Shown here piece by piece: positions 17,956-27,049 of a stretch of 64,000 bases of DNA. Position numbers and translations under genes: made by a program. The notes below the pieces were generated by a model that did no database searches, was not told the origin of the DNA, and saw only the letters and a list, made by a program, of their open reading frames with translations. The DNA comes from Rhodospirillaceae bacterium. GTDB lineage: Bacteria; Pseudomonadota; Alphaproteobacteria; Rhodospirillales; Casp-alpha2. Location of the stretch: assembly GCA_038125725.1 (NCBI GenBank), contig JAYPEK010000007.1, forward strand, positions 52,139-116,138, read 5' to 3'. Position 1 is the first letter of the stretch. Every line of letters begins with the position of its first letter.

Positions 17956-19137
17956 ATGACCGTGCAACGCGGCTGGAACTTCCTGCAAACTCCCGGCCCG
18001 ACCAACATCCCGAACCGCATCCTCAACGCCATGCACCGCCCGGCGATCGAGTTCCTGGGCCCGGACTTCATGGCGTTTTCGGACAAGCTGTTCGCGGACC
18101 TGAAGGTCGTGTTCAAGACCGAGGCCCAGCCCTTCATCTATGCCGCCAACGGCCATGGTGCCTGGGAAGCGGCGCTGTCGAACGTGCTGGCGCCGGGCGA
18201 CAAGGTGGTGGTCCCGGAAACCGGCCGCTTCGCGCTTTCCTGGATCACCATGGCCGAGAAGCTGAAAATCGCCTGCGAGGTGCTGCCCAACGACCACCGC
18301 CATGCCGTCAAGCCCGCCGAACTGACGGAGCGGCTGGCGCGCGATACCGGCCACGAGATCAAGGCGGTGCTGCTGGTCCATACCGATACGGGCAACGGCA
18401 TCACGTCGGACATCGCCGCCATGCGCGCCGCCATCGACGAAGCCGGGCATCCGGCGCTGCTAATGGTCGACACCATCGCGTCGCTGATGACCACCGACTA
18501 CCAGATGGACGCCTGGGGCGTCGACGTCACCGTGGCGGCGGCGCAAAAGGGACTGATGTGCCCGCCGGGCTTGAGCTTTTGTGTGGCAAACGAGAAGGCG
18601 CTGGCCGCCGCCGACGCCAATACCGAGATGCCGCGCAGCTACTGGGACTGGCGCGACCGTTTGAACCCGGAGATCTTCTACCTGGCCTATTGCGGCACCG
18701 CGCCGGAGCACCTGCTGTTCGCCTTGGGCGAAGCCATCCAAATGCTGAAGGAGGAGGGCTTTGAGGCCGTTTTCGCCCGCCACGCCAGGCTGTCGCGCGC
18801 CGTGCACGCCGCCATCGAGCATTGGGGCCAGGCCGGGGCGTTGGAGATTTGCGCCGTCAATCCGGAAGAGCGCGCCAATTCCGTGACCACCATCCTGGTC
18901 GATCCGGCGTATAACCCGGTGGCGTTCCGCAACATCTGCCGCGAGCGCTTCAACCTGGGGCTCGGCAACGGCATGGGCAAGTTCCAAGACACCTCGTTCC
19001 GCATCGGCCACATGGGCGACTTGAACGAGGCCATGGTGTTCGGTGTGCTGGGCGCGGTCGAGGCGGGCCTGAAGCTCGCCGGCATTCCGTATCAGCCGGG
19101 CGGCGTCGAGGCTGCCATCGAAAGCCTTACCGCCTAG
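17956..19137 (+). CDS. Class V aminotransferase (serine-glyoxylate / alanine-glyoxylate aminotransferase-like)
   Basis: ATG at 17956 (MTVQRGWNFLQTPGPTNIP...). The AQKGL region is a PLP-lysine context. About 393 aa. Confidence 0.8.
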   Translation: MTVQRGWNFLQTPGPTNIPNRILNAMHRPAIEFLGPDFMAFSDKLFADLKVVFKTEAQPFIYAANGHGAWEAALSNVLAPGDKVVVPETGRFALSWITMAEKLKIACEVLPNDHRHAVKPAELTERLARDTGHEIKAVLLVHTDTGNGITSDIAAMRAAIDEAGHPALLMVDTIASLMTTDYQMDAWGVDVTVAAAQKGLMCPPGLSFCVANEKALAAADANTEMPRSYWDWRDRLNPEIFYLAYCGTAPEHLLFALGEAIQMLKEEGFEAVFARHARLSRAVHAAIEHWGQAGALEICAVNPEERANSVTTILVDPAYNPVAFRNICRERFNLGLGNGMGKFQDTSFRIGHMGDLNEAMVFGVLGAVEAGLKLAGIPYQPGGVEAAIESLTA

Positions 19138-20042
19138 CTCTTTTCCAGTTCGCTGAGCGCCGCCAGCACTTCCTGATAGGTCTTGGGCTCGCGCCCGGCG
19201 AAGTGCTGCTTGAGGCCGCTGGTGCCGATCCCGGCAATGCGCTTCGACGCCGCCTCCGCCATGAAAGGATCCATGTCCATGGCCTTCAGCGTCTCGGCGA
19301 CCTCTTCCATTTCATGCGCGCGCCGGACCCCGTGCATCACCGAGCGGCCCATGAAATACGACGCCAGCTCGTTCCAATCGATCTGCGGATAGTTCTTGCC
19401 GACCGAATCCAGCACCCGCTCGGCGACGCCGTAGCGCCCCGCCGCCAGCACGCATTCGGCCAGGATCGCCTCCATCCCCTTGAACACGATGGAGCGGAAC
19501 ATCTTGGTCGCCGCGGCGCGGCCAAACTCAGGGCCCAGGTCCTCGGCGTTGAGGCCGAAGGGCGCCAACTGCGCGATCAGCGCCGGCGCGGCGGGGCCCG
19601 CAAACAGCATCGGCGATTTGTGCCGGTTGGGCTGGATCGGCGACATGATCGAGGCCTCGACGAAGGTGGCGCCGGACGCCTCGATGACGGCTTGCACCTT
19701 TGCCTTGGTCACCGGGGAGACGGAGTTGACGTCCAGATACGTCTGACCGGCGCCCATGTGTTCGGCGGCCTGTTCGGCGGCTTTCACCGCATCGGCGCAG
19801 GTCACCGTGGAAATGACGATATCCCGGTCCCGGACCGCGTCCGCATGGCTGGCGGCAAGGCGCACGCCGGCGGCCTCGGCACGGGCCTCGATGGCAGGCA
19901 TCGTTTCCGGGTTCGCCTGCAGGATGTCGTAGGCGGTGATGTCGGAAACGCCGTCGTCATGCAGCCCCGACGCGATGGCCGGACCGGCCTCGCCGAAGCC
20001 GATGAAGCCGAGCTTGGGAGCATTGGCGCCGTTGCTGCTCAT
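19134..20042 (-). CDS. NAD(P)-binding oxidoreductase (6-phosphogluconate dehydrogenase-like N-domain plus DUF1932-like C-domain)
   Basis: 302 aa. N-terminal Rossmann motif KLGFIGFGEAGPA. It is convergent with the aminotransferase, and the two stop codons overlap (CTAG). Confidence 0.7.
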   Translation of the reverse strand: MSSNGANAPKLGFIGFGEAGPAIASGLHDDGVSDITAYDILQANPETMPAIEARAEAAGVRLAASHADAVRDRDIVISTVTCADAVKAAEQAAEHMGAGQTYLDVNSVSPVTKAKVQAVIEASGATFVEASIMSPIQPNRHKSPMLFAGPAAPALIAQLAPFGLNAEDLGPEFGRAAATKMFRSIVFKGMEAILAECVLAAGRYGVAERVLDSVGKNYPQIDWNELASYFMGRSVMHGVRRAHEMEEVAETLKAMDMDPFMAEAASKRIAGIGTSGLKQHFAGREPKTYQEVLAALSELEKS

Positions 20043-20049
20043 GACCGCC

Positions 20050-20841
20050 TTACTTCCGTTTGAACTGGGGCTTGCGCTTCTCCATGAACGCCTTGCGGCC
20101 CTCCTGGTAGTCCTCGCTGGCGAAGCAGTCGGCGACCACCTGTTCGCAAAGCGCGTAATCCGGCCCTTCCGACTTGATCAGCTCGTTGACTACCGTCTTG
20201 GCGGCGTGGATGGTCAGGGGCGCGTTCTCGGCGATGCGGGTGGCGTAGTCGTCGACGTAGGCATCCAGCAACGCGCGGGGAACGACCCGGTTGACCAGCC
20301 CCATGCCGAGCGCCTCGTCGGGGGTGAACTGGCGCGCGGTGAAGAAGATTTCCTTCGCCGTCGACGGCCCGACCAGGTCGACCAGGCGCTTCAGCCCCTC
20401 GTGCGCGTATCCAAGGCCGAGCTTGGCTGCCGGCACGGCGTAGCTGGAAAGATCGTTGGCGATGCGCAGGTCGCAGCAGAGCGCGATCCCGAGCCCGCCG
20501 CCGATGCAGAAACCCTCGATCTTGGCGATGGTCGGCTTCGTCAGCGTTGCCAGCGTGTTCGACGCCTCGGCCACGGCGGCGTTGTACATGGCGGTCGCTT
20601 CCTCGCCGGAGCGGTTCTTTTCGAACTGCGAGATGTCGGCGCCGGCGCAAAACGCCTTGCCGCCACGGCCCGACAGCACCACAACGCGGACATCGTCGTC
20701 GGCGACGAAATCGTTCAAGACGATCGGCAGGTCGCGCCACATTTCAAAGGTCATGGCGTTCCGGCGCGCCTGGTTGTCGAGCATGATGCGCCCGACGCCG
20801 GCTGATTTCTCGACGATGAGCTGTTCGGTGATATCGGCCAT
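20050..20841 (-). CDS. Enoyl-CoA hydratase/isomerase family protein
   Basis: Internal ATG (complement of 20839..20841) follows an AGGGAGGGGAG RBS (MADITEQLIVEK...). Crotonase signature (VVLSGRGGKAFCAGADI, GFCIGGGLGIALCCDLR). Confidence 0.85.
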   Translation of the reverse strand: MADITEQLIVEKSAGVGRIMLDNQARRNAMTFEMWRDLPIVLNDFVADDDVRVVVLSGRGGKAFCAGADISQFEKNRSGEEATAMYNAAVAEASNTLATLTKPTIAKIEGFCIGGGLGIALCCDLRIANDLSSYAVPAAKLGLGYAHEGLKRLVDLVGPSTAKEIFFTARQFTPDEALGMGLVNRVVPRALLDAYVDDYATRIAENAPLTIHAAKTVVNELIKSEGPDYALCEQVVADCFASEDYQEGRKAFMEKRKPQFKRK

Positions 20842-20980
20842 GTCGGCTCCCCTCCCTGGTTCGGCAAAACGGCGCACATTGTTGCCTCCATGGTCTTGCC
20901 AGGCAACGCCAAAGGCGCGATTCTTGCGGCTCCGACAGCGGATTTTTTGGAGTCATAGATTGATCGCAGCCATCGAACGC

Positions 20981-22180
20981 ATGACCGGGGTGAAATGGCA
21001 GGCCCAGGGCCAGGCCTTTCTGGTCGCCGGCGGCCACGGGGCGACGCACTGGATCGTCGCCACCATCTACGTGTTGCTGCCCTATATCCGCGAGGACTTG
21101 GGATTGAGCTACACCGAGGCCGGCAGCCTGATCTCCATCTTCCATGCCGCGTCGTTCGCCGCCAACGTCGGCTCCGGCGCCGTCGTCGATATCACCGGGC
21201 GCCGGGTGCTGACGCAGGTGGCGTCGCTGGTGATCGGCGCCGCCGCGCTGGTGAGCGTCGGCATGGCCGACGGCATCTGGCTTTTGGTGGCGATGCTTGT
21301 CTTCATCGGCTCCACCAACAATCTCTGGCATCCGGCCGCCATCGCGTTTCTCTCCAAGGCCTATCCCACAACGCGCGGCTACGCGCTCTCCATCCACACG
21401 CTGGGCGCCAGTGTCGGCGATACGCTGGCACCCTTGGCCGCCGGCGTGCTGCTGACCGGGCTCACCTGGCAGGGGGCGGCATCGCTCAATGCGCTGCCGG
21501 TGTTCGCGGTGGCGGCGGCGCTGTTCGTCATCCTCGGCCGCCACGAAAAGGTGGAGCGCCATGTCGGCGCCGACGGCCAAGGGCTCGGCTTCCGCGCCTA
21601 TCTCTCCGGTGTCGGCCAACTGTTCAAGGACCGCGGCGTCGTCGGGCTCTGCACCATGGCCGGCTTCCGTTCCATGTGCCAGAACGGGCTCCTGACCTAC
21701 GTGCCGATGCTGCTGAAGGACGTCTTCGGCTTCGGCCCGGTGCTTTTGGGCGCCGGGCTGACGGCGCTGCAGGTGGGCGGCATGATCGGCGGGCCCGTTG
21801 CCGGCGTGGCCTCCGACAAGATGGGCCGGCGCCCGATCGTCCTGCTCGGCCTGGTGGCGACCACCGGCGTGGTGCTGGCGGCGACGATGATCGAACAGCC
21901 AGCGCTGGTCATCGCGACCCTCGCGGTGCTCGGCTGTACGCTGTTCGCGGTGCGCCCGGTGATCCACGGCTGGGCCATGGACCTGACGCCCGACCACATG
22001 CACGGCAGCGCCGTCAGCCTGCTGTTCGGTTCGCAGTCGGCGTTCTCGATGGTGGTGCCCATCGTCGGCGGGCTGATCGCCGACACCTGGGGCCTGACCG
22101 CCGTTTTCTACATGCTGGCCGCCGCCATGGCGGTCGCCGCCGCCATCACTTTCGCGCTGCCCGACAGCCGGCGCGGCTGA
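20981..22180 (+). CDS. MFS transporter
   Basis: About 400 aa and 12 TM helices. The start is ATG 20981 or TTG 20960, the latter after GGAG. The long ORF-track extension from 20456 is antisense to the crotonase gene. Confidence 0.75.
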   Translation: MTGVKWQAQGQAFLVAGGHGATHWIVATIYVLLPYIREDLGLSYTEAGSLISIFHAASFAANVGSGAVVDITGRRVLTQVASLVIGAAALVSVGMADGIWLLVAMLVFIGSTNNLWHPAAIAFLSKAYPTTRGYALSIHTLGASVGDTLAPLAAGVLLTGLTWQGAASLNALPVFAVAAALFVILGRHEKVERHVGADGQGLGFRAYLSGVGQLFKDRGVVGLCTMAGFRSMCQNGLLTYVPMLLKDVFGFGPVLLGAGLTALQVGGMIGGPVAGVASDKMGRRPIVLLGLVATTGVVLAATMIEQPALVIATLAVLGCTLFAVRPVIHGWAMDLTPDHMHGSAVSLLFGSQSAFSMVVPIVGGLIADTWGLTAVFYMLAAAMAVAAAITFALPDSRRG

Positions 22181-22200
22181 ACTTCCGACAAGAGGGACCC

Positions 22201-23361
22201 ATGGATTTCAACCTGACCGACGACCAACGCGACCTGCAGGCCACAGCGCGGCGCTTCGCCCAGGAACAGATGAAACCCGTCGCCGAGGAGCTGGAGGCGG
22301 AGGCCAATCCGCTGCCGGAAAGCTGGCTCAAGCGCTACGCCGAGATGGGGTTCCTCGGGATCAACGTGTCGGCCGACCTGGGCGGGCTGGGGCTCGGCAA
22401 CCTGGAAGCGCTGTTGGTGCTGGAGGAGTTCGCCAAGGTCTCGTCCGCCGTCGCCTTCCCGATTTTCGAATCGTCGGTCGGCCCGGTGCGCGCAGTGGAG
22501 CATTTCGCCACCGATGAGCTGAAGAAGCGCGTCGTGCCCAAGGTCTGCGCCGGCGAGATGATCGTCGCCGTCTCCATGTCGGAACCGGAAGCCGGCACGG
22601 CGCTGACGGATTTGAAAACCCGCGCCGTCATCGACGGCGACACCATTACCGTCAATGGCGCCAAGCGCTGGTGCTCGGGTGGCGGGCACAGCCAGGGCTA
22701 TGTCGTCTATTGCCGGCTGTCGGACGACCCCGGCGCCAAGGGTGTCGGCGCGGTGTTCGTCGAGAAGGACATGCCGGGCGTGAGTTTCGGCGAGCAGGAG
22801 CGCCTGATGGGCTTTCGCGGCGTGCCGTCCGCCGACATCTTCCTCGACAACGTCAAGGTGCCGATCGAAAACCTGATCGTGCCGGCCGGCGGCTTCCCGA
22901 AGCTGATGGAGGCCTTCGACCTGGAACGCTGCGGCAACGCAACCATGGCGCTGGGCCAGGCGTCGGGCGCGTTGGACGAGGTGCTGGACTACGTGCAGGA
23001 GCGCAAGCAGTTCGGCAAATCCATCGTCGATTTCCAGGCGGTACAGATGAAAATCGCGGAAATGGCCATGCGCATCGAGGCCTCGAGGCTGCTCATTCAC
23101 CGCGCCGCCGCCAACGCCCAGGACGGCCTGCCGTCGATCTTCGAGAGCTCGGTGGCCAAATGCTTCGCCAACGAAATGGCGCGCGAGGTCACCGGCCACG
23201 CCGTGCAGTTGATGGGCGGTTACGGCTATTCCAAGGAATACCCGATGGAGCGGCGCTTGCGCGATTCCTGGGGCTGGGGCATCGCCGGCGGCACCATCGA
23301 CATCCAGAAGGTGAATATCGCCTCCGCCCTGGTCGGACGCCGCTTCAACCAGCGCGGCTGA
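22201..23361 (+). CDS. Acyl-CoA dehydrogenase
   Basis: ATG at 22201 (MDFNLTDDQRDLQATARRFAQEQ...). ACAD domains are present, including LMGGYGYSKEYPMERRLRD. Confidence 0.85.
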   Translation: MDFNLTDDQRDLQATARRFAQEQMKPVAEELEAEANPLPESWLKRYAEMGFLGINVSADLGGLGLGNLEALLVLEEFAKVSSAVAFPIFESSVGPVRAVEHFATDELKKRVVPKVCAGEMIVAVSMSEPEAGTALTDLKTRAVIDGDTITVNGAKRWCSGGGHSQGYVVYCRLSDDPGAKGVGAVFVEKDMPGVSFGEQERLMGFRGVPSADIFLDNVKVPIENLIVPAGGFPKLMEAFDLERCGNATMALGQASGALDEVLDYVQERKQFGKSIVDFQAVQMKIAEMAMRIEASRLLIHRAAANAQDGLPSIFESSVAKCFANEMAREVTGHAVQLMGGYGYSKEYPMERRLRDSWGWGIAGGTIDIQKVNIASALVGRRFNQRG

Positions 23362-23486
23362 CGGCGCCATCTCCCCGTTGGTAAGTGGCGCGGCAAAAGC
23401 TCCGCCCGTCGCCCTTGTGTACCACCGCCTCGGGCGGGATTTCGCCTAGAGTGAACGGCGAATGCGACCTAGGGGAGGAGGGAACC

Positions 23487-24395
23487 ATGAAAAACCGCAT
23501 CCATCGGCTTGTCGGCCTGTTGGCGATCATTGCCGCATTATGCAGCACCGAGGCCGCCGCCCAGAAGCTAAAGCCGTTCGTTTTGGTCTCGGAAACACCC
23601 GGAGAGGTGGCCGCGACAGTCACGGCGGCCACCGGCAAGCTGAAAGCCGCCGGGTTCGAGATCGCCGGCAGCTATCAGCCCTATCCGGACGCCGCCGTCA
23701 TCGTCGTCACCAACGACGCGCTGCGCACCGCCGCCGGCAAGTCGGAGTTCGGCGCCTATGGCGCCGGCATGCGCGTCTCGGTCACCAAGATCAACGGCAA
23801 GGTGCAACTCGCCTATACCAACCCCACCTACATCGCCAATGCGTATCGCATGAACGACGATCTGGCGGACGCCAAGCAAAGGCTCGCCAAGGCGCTCGGC
23901 ACCGGCACCGAGTACGGGCCGAAGGAGGGCATCGAGCCCGATGATCTGCGCGAATACCACTACATGTTCGGCATGGAATATTTTACCGATCCGGTGCTCC
24001 TGAACCGCTATCTCAATCACCAGGAGGCCCTGGACATCATCGAGGCCAACCTGAAGAAGGGAAAAAGCGGGCTCAGCAAGGTCTACCGCATCAATATTCC
24101 GGGCAAGCAGGAGACGGTGTTCGGGGTCGCCATGGCAGGCGGAAAGAATGGCAAGAAGAACCAGGATGACGCCTACCTGATGAGCGAAATCGACTTCAAG
24201 GACCTGCGTTCGACGGCGCACCTGCCTTATGAATTGGTGGTCGCCGAGGACAAGGCCTTTGCATTGAATGCGCGGTTCCGCATTGCCATCAATTTTCCGG
24301 ACCTGGCCATGACCGGCGCCAACAGCTTTATGAACATCATGGGCGCGCCGGACGCCATCGCCTCGGCGCTGACGGCGGTGTCGGAGAAATACTGA
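23487..24395 (+). CDS. Secreted hypothetical protein; I do not recognise the family
   Basis: ATG at 23487 follows an AGGGGAGGAGGGA RBS. Signal peptide MKNRIHRLVGLLAIIAALCSTEAAAQ. 302 aa and lysine-rich compared with its neighbours. Confidence 0.6.
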   Translation: MKNRIHRLVGLLAIIAALCSTEAAAQKLKPFVLVSETPGEVAATVTAATGKLKAAGFEIAGSYQPYPDAAVIVVTNDALRTAAGKSEFGAYGAGMRVSVTKINGKVQLAYTNPTYIANAYRMNDDLADAKQRLAKALGTGTEYGPKEGIEPDDLREYHYMFGMEYFTDPVLLNRYLNHQEALDIIEANLKKGKSGLSKVYRINIPGKQETVFGVAMAGGKNGKKNQDDAYLMSEIDFKDLRSTAHLPYELVVAEDKAFALNARFRIAINFPDLAMTGANSFMNIMGAPDAIASALTAVSEKY

Positions 24396-24417
24396 CGCGG
24401 TTCGCGCCATCCGGTGT

Positions 24418-25278
24418 ATGATCGTCGCCGCTGGGTTGTACGGCATGGCGAGGAGTTCGGGCGTGATGGTGCGCGAGGTTCTGGTATCGGCTGTTATCGG
24501 CATGCTTTTGGCCGTGCCGCCACTGGCGGCGGTTTCCGCCGCCGAGCGCTTGGTCGATCTGGAACTGGTGCTGGCCGCCGACATCTCGCGCTCCATGGAC
24601 ATGGAAGAGATGGCCCTGCAGCGCCAGGGATATGCCCATGCGATCCGCCATCCGCGCATCGTCGGCGCCATCCGCGCCGGCGGGCATGGGCGCATCGCCG
24701 TCACCTACGTGCAGTGGGCTGGCGAATATACCCAGCGCACCATCGTCGACTGGACCGAGATCTCCGACCAGGCGAGCGCCGAGGCTTTCGCCCGCGCCAT
24801 CGAGGCGTCTAGCCTTGAAGTCGAGCGCCGCACCTCGATCTCCACTGCGTTGCTGTATGCCGCCGGCCGGTTCGAGAACAACGGTTTCCAGGGACGGCGC
24901 CGGGTGATCGACGTCTCCGGCGACGGTCCAAACAACAGCGGCATGATGGTTGATCATGCCCGCGACCGCGTGGTGGCCGAAAAGATCACCATCAACGGCC
25001 TGCCGATTATGTCCGGCCGGCCCAACCCGTCCGGCTTTCCCAGTTTCCAGCACCTGGACCTCTATTACGAGGACTGCGTCATCGGCGGCGCCAGCGCCTT
25101 CATGGTGGTGGCGCATGGGTTCATGGATTTCGCCCGCGCCATCCGCAGAAAGCTGTTCCTGGAGATCGCCGAGCTGACGCCGCCCCGGCCGTTGCTGCAC
25201 CTGGCCGCCGAGCGCAGCCGGCCGCCCTGCGATGCCGGCGAGCAGCAGATGCAAGACTGGATGATGTTTGACAACTGA
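24418..25278 (+). CDS. DUF1194 (vWA-like) domain protein
   Basis: LVDLELVLAADISRSMDMEEMALQRQGY... matches my memory of the DUF1194 / von Willebrand A-like MIDAS region. It has an N-terminal hydrophobic segment. The exact start is uncertain. Confidence 0.6.
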   Translation: MIVAAGLYGMARSSGVMVREVLVSAVIGMLLAVPPLAAVSAAERLVDLELVLAADISRSMDMEEMALQRQGYAHAIRHPRIVGAIRAGGHGRIAVTYVQWAGEYTQRTIVDWTEISDQASAEAFARAIEASSLEVERRTSISTALLYAAGRFENNGFQGRRRVIDVSGDGPNNSGMMVDHARDRVVAEKITINGLPIMSGRPNPSGFPSFQHLDLYYEDCVIGGASAFMVVAHGFMDFARAIRRKLFLEIAELTPPRPLLHLAAERSRPPCDAGEQQMQDWMMFDN

Positions 25279-26323
25279 CGTGAGCTTCCGGCGCCTTCGG
25301 TGGATGGCGACGGAGCTGCTGGTGCTGGCCTGGTCGGGGCCGGCCTCGGCCGCGAATGCCGCCATGGACAAGGCGCTTTTGGCCAAAACCCTGGAGCGCG
25401 CCCAGGCGCTGCCGCGTCTGCATGCGCTGATCGTCGCCCGCCATGGCGATGTACAGGCGGCCAAGGCCTTTCGCGGCCCTGGGCTGGAGCGGGCGGTAAA
25501 CGTCAAGTCGGTGTCGAAATCGGTGATCGCGGCGTTGGTCGGCGCGGCCATCGGGCGGGGATTGGTGAAGGGCACCGACGTGCCCGTTGCCGACTATCTG
25601 GCCGACCGGCTTCCGCCCAGCCCGGACCCGAGGCTCCGGCGCGTCACCATCGGCAACCTGCTCTCCATGCAGGCGGGATTGGAGCGCACGTCCGGGCGCA
25701 ATTACGGACGCTGGGTGTAAAGCCCCGATTGGGTACGCCACGCGCTTTCCAGGCCTTTCGCCGACGAGCCCGGCGGGCGGATGCTCTATTCCACCGGCAA
25801 CTCGCACCTGCTGTCGGCGATCCTGACGCGCGTCGGCGCCAAGAGCACCCATGCGCTTGCCGTCGAATGGTTGGGCCGGCCGCTCGGCATCGATATTCCC
25901 CCCTGGCAGCGCGATCCGCAGGGAATCTATTTCGGCGGCAACAACATGGTGCTGTCGCCGATGGCGCTGCTGCGCTTTGGCGAACTCTACCGCCAGGACG
26001 GTGTGCATGACGGCCGCCGCATCCTGCCGGTGGGCTGGGTGCGGCAATCCTGGACGCCGCGCACGCAATCGTTCTATTCCGGTGACGACTACGGATACGG
26101 CTGGTTCCTGACCGAGATGAGCTCAGAGCGCGTCGCCTATGCGCGCGGCTTTGGCGGACAATTCGTTTTCGTCGTGCCCGGCACCGGCCAGACCATCGTC
26201 GTTACCTCCGACACCAACTCGCGCACCCGCGAGGGCGGCTATTTCGATGCGCTGATGGAACTGGTCGGCGATGGGTTGATTGCCGCGGCGCTCAAGGCCG
26301 ACGGCCGCGCCTGCTCGGATTGA
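25268..26323 (+). pseudogene. Beta-lactamase-family serine hydrolase interrupted by one in-frame TAA (25718..25720)
   Basis: ORFs 25268..25720 and 25781..26323 share a frame. Reading through the TAA gives ...GRNYGRWV*SPDWVRHALSRPFADEPGGRMLYSTGN... The SxxK motif (SVSK) lies in the first part and the YxN-like motif (YSTGN) in the second. Confidence 0.7.
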
Positions 26324-26403
26324 TACGAAAAAATACAAATCGACGGCTTTTCGGGATATTTCCGTTACCGACGGCGGGCACAATCGACAGACGATTGGGG
26401 TCC

Positions 26404-26934
26404 ATGCAAAAGAGGGGATTCGAGCGCATGTGGCAAAACCTGAAAACCCATGGCACCACCTACACCATGGGGCTGTTCCTGGTCTCGACCGTTTCCGGCG
26501 TGTTCCTGTTTTTCCACCTGGGCACGTCGATCTTCCATGCCATGCATGAATGGCTGTCGATGGTGCTGATTGTGCCAGTGGCGCTGCACATCTGGAAGAA
26601 CTGGACCAGCCTGATGACCTACTTCAAGCGCAAGGTCATCTATATCCCGCTGTTGCTGTCGCTGGCCGGCGGTGTCGTCTTCGCCTATCCCGCCCTGACG
26701 GGGCCATCGGGCGGTGGCGGCAATCCGCTGCGCGCCACGGTGCGGGCGATGCAGAGCGGCACCATCGCCCAGGTGGCGCCGCTCTACCGGCTGACGCCGG
26801 ACGCCCTGGCGGAACGGCTGCGTGCCAAGGGCTATACCGTTTCGTCGCTGGAGCGCACGCTGGCCCAGGTGGCGAAAGATTCCGGCCGTGATGCCGGTCC
26901 CGGCCTGATGGCGGCGGTGGCTTTCGCCGACTGA
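26404..26934 (+). CDS. Membrane protein, DUF4405-like
   Basis: Histidine-containing TM helices (FFHLGTSIFHAMHEWLSMVLIVPVALHIWKNW). The start is ATG 26404 or ATG 26428, the latter after AGAGGGGA. Confidence 0.5.
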   Translation: MQKRGFERMWQNLKTHGTTYTMGLFLVSTVSGVFLFFHLGTSIFHAMHEWLSMVLIVPVALHIWKNWTSLMTYFKRKVIYIPLLLSLAGGVVFAYPALTGPSGGGGNPLRATVRAMQSGTIAQVAPLYRLTPDALAERLRAKGYTVSSLERTLAQVAKDSGRDAGPGLMAAVAFAD

Positions 26935-26959
26935 CCGGTAAACTCGGCGTCTTTGAGGT

Positions 26960-26985
26960 GGGGACTGGACATAATTCCAGTCCCC
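26960..26985 (+). other. Perfect 10-bp stem-loop downstream of the DUF4405-like gene, with no U-tract
   Basis: GGGGACTGGA, a CATAAT loop, then TCCAGTCCCC. It starts 26 nt after the stop codon. Confidence 0.4.
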
Positions 26986-27049
26986 ATCGGCTTGCCATCG
27001 ACTATACTTCATGCGAGCAAGGACGTATGACGGAAGGGACGGCCAGCCG

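Noticed and set aside
20895-20930. GTTGCC...GGCAAC inverted repeat between the divergent crotonase and MFS genes
   Set aside because: The arms are only 6 bp and no adjacent regulator is present. This is too weak to call as an operator without comparative data.
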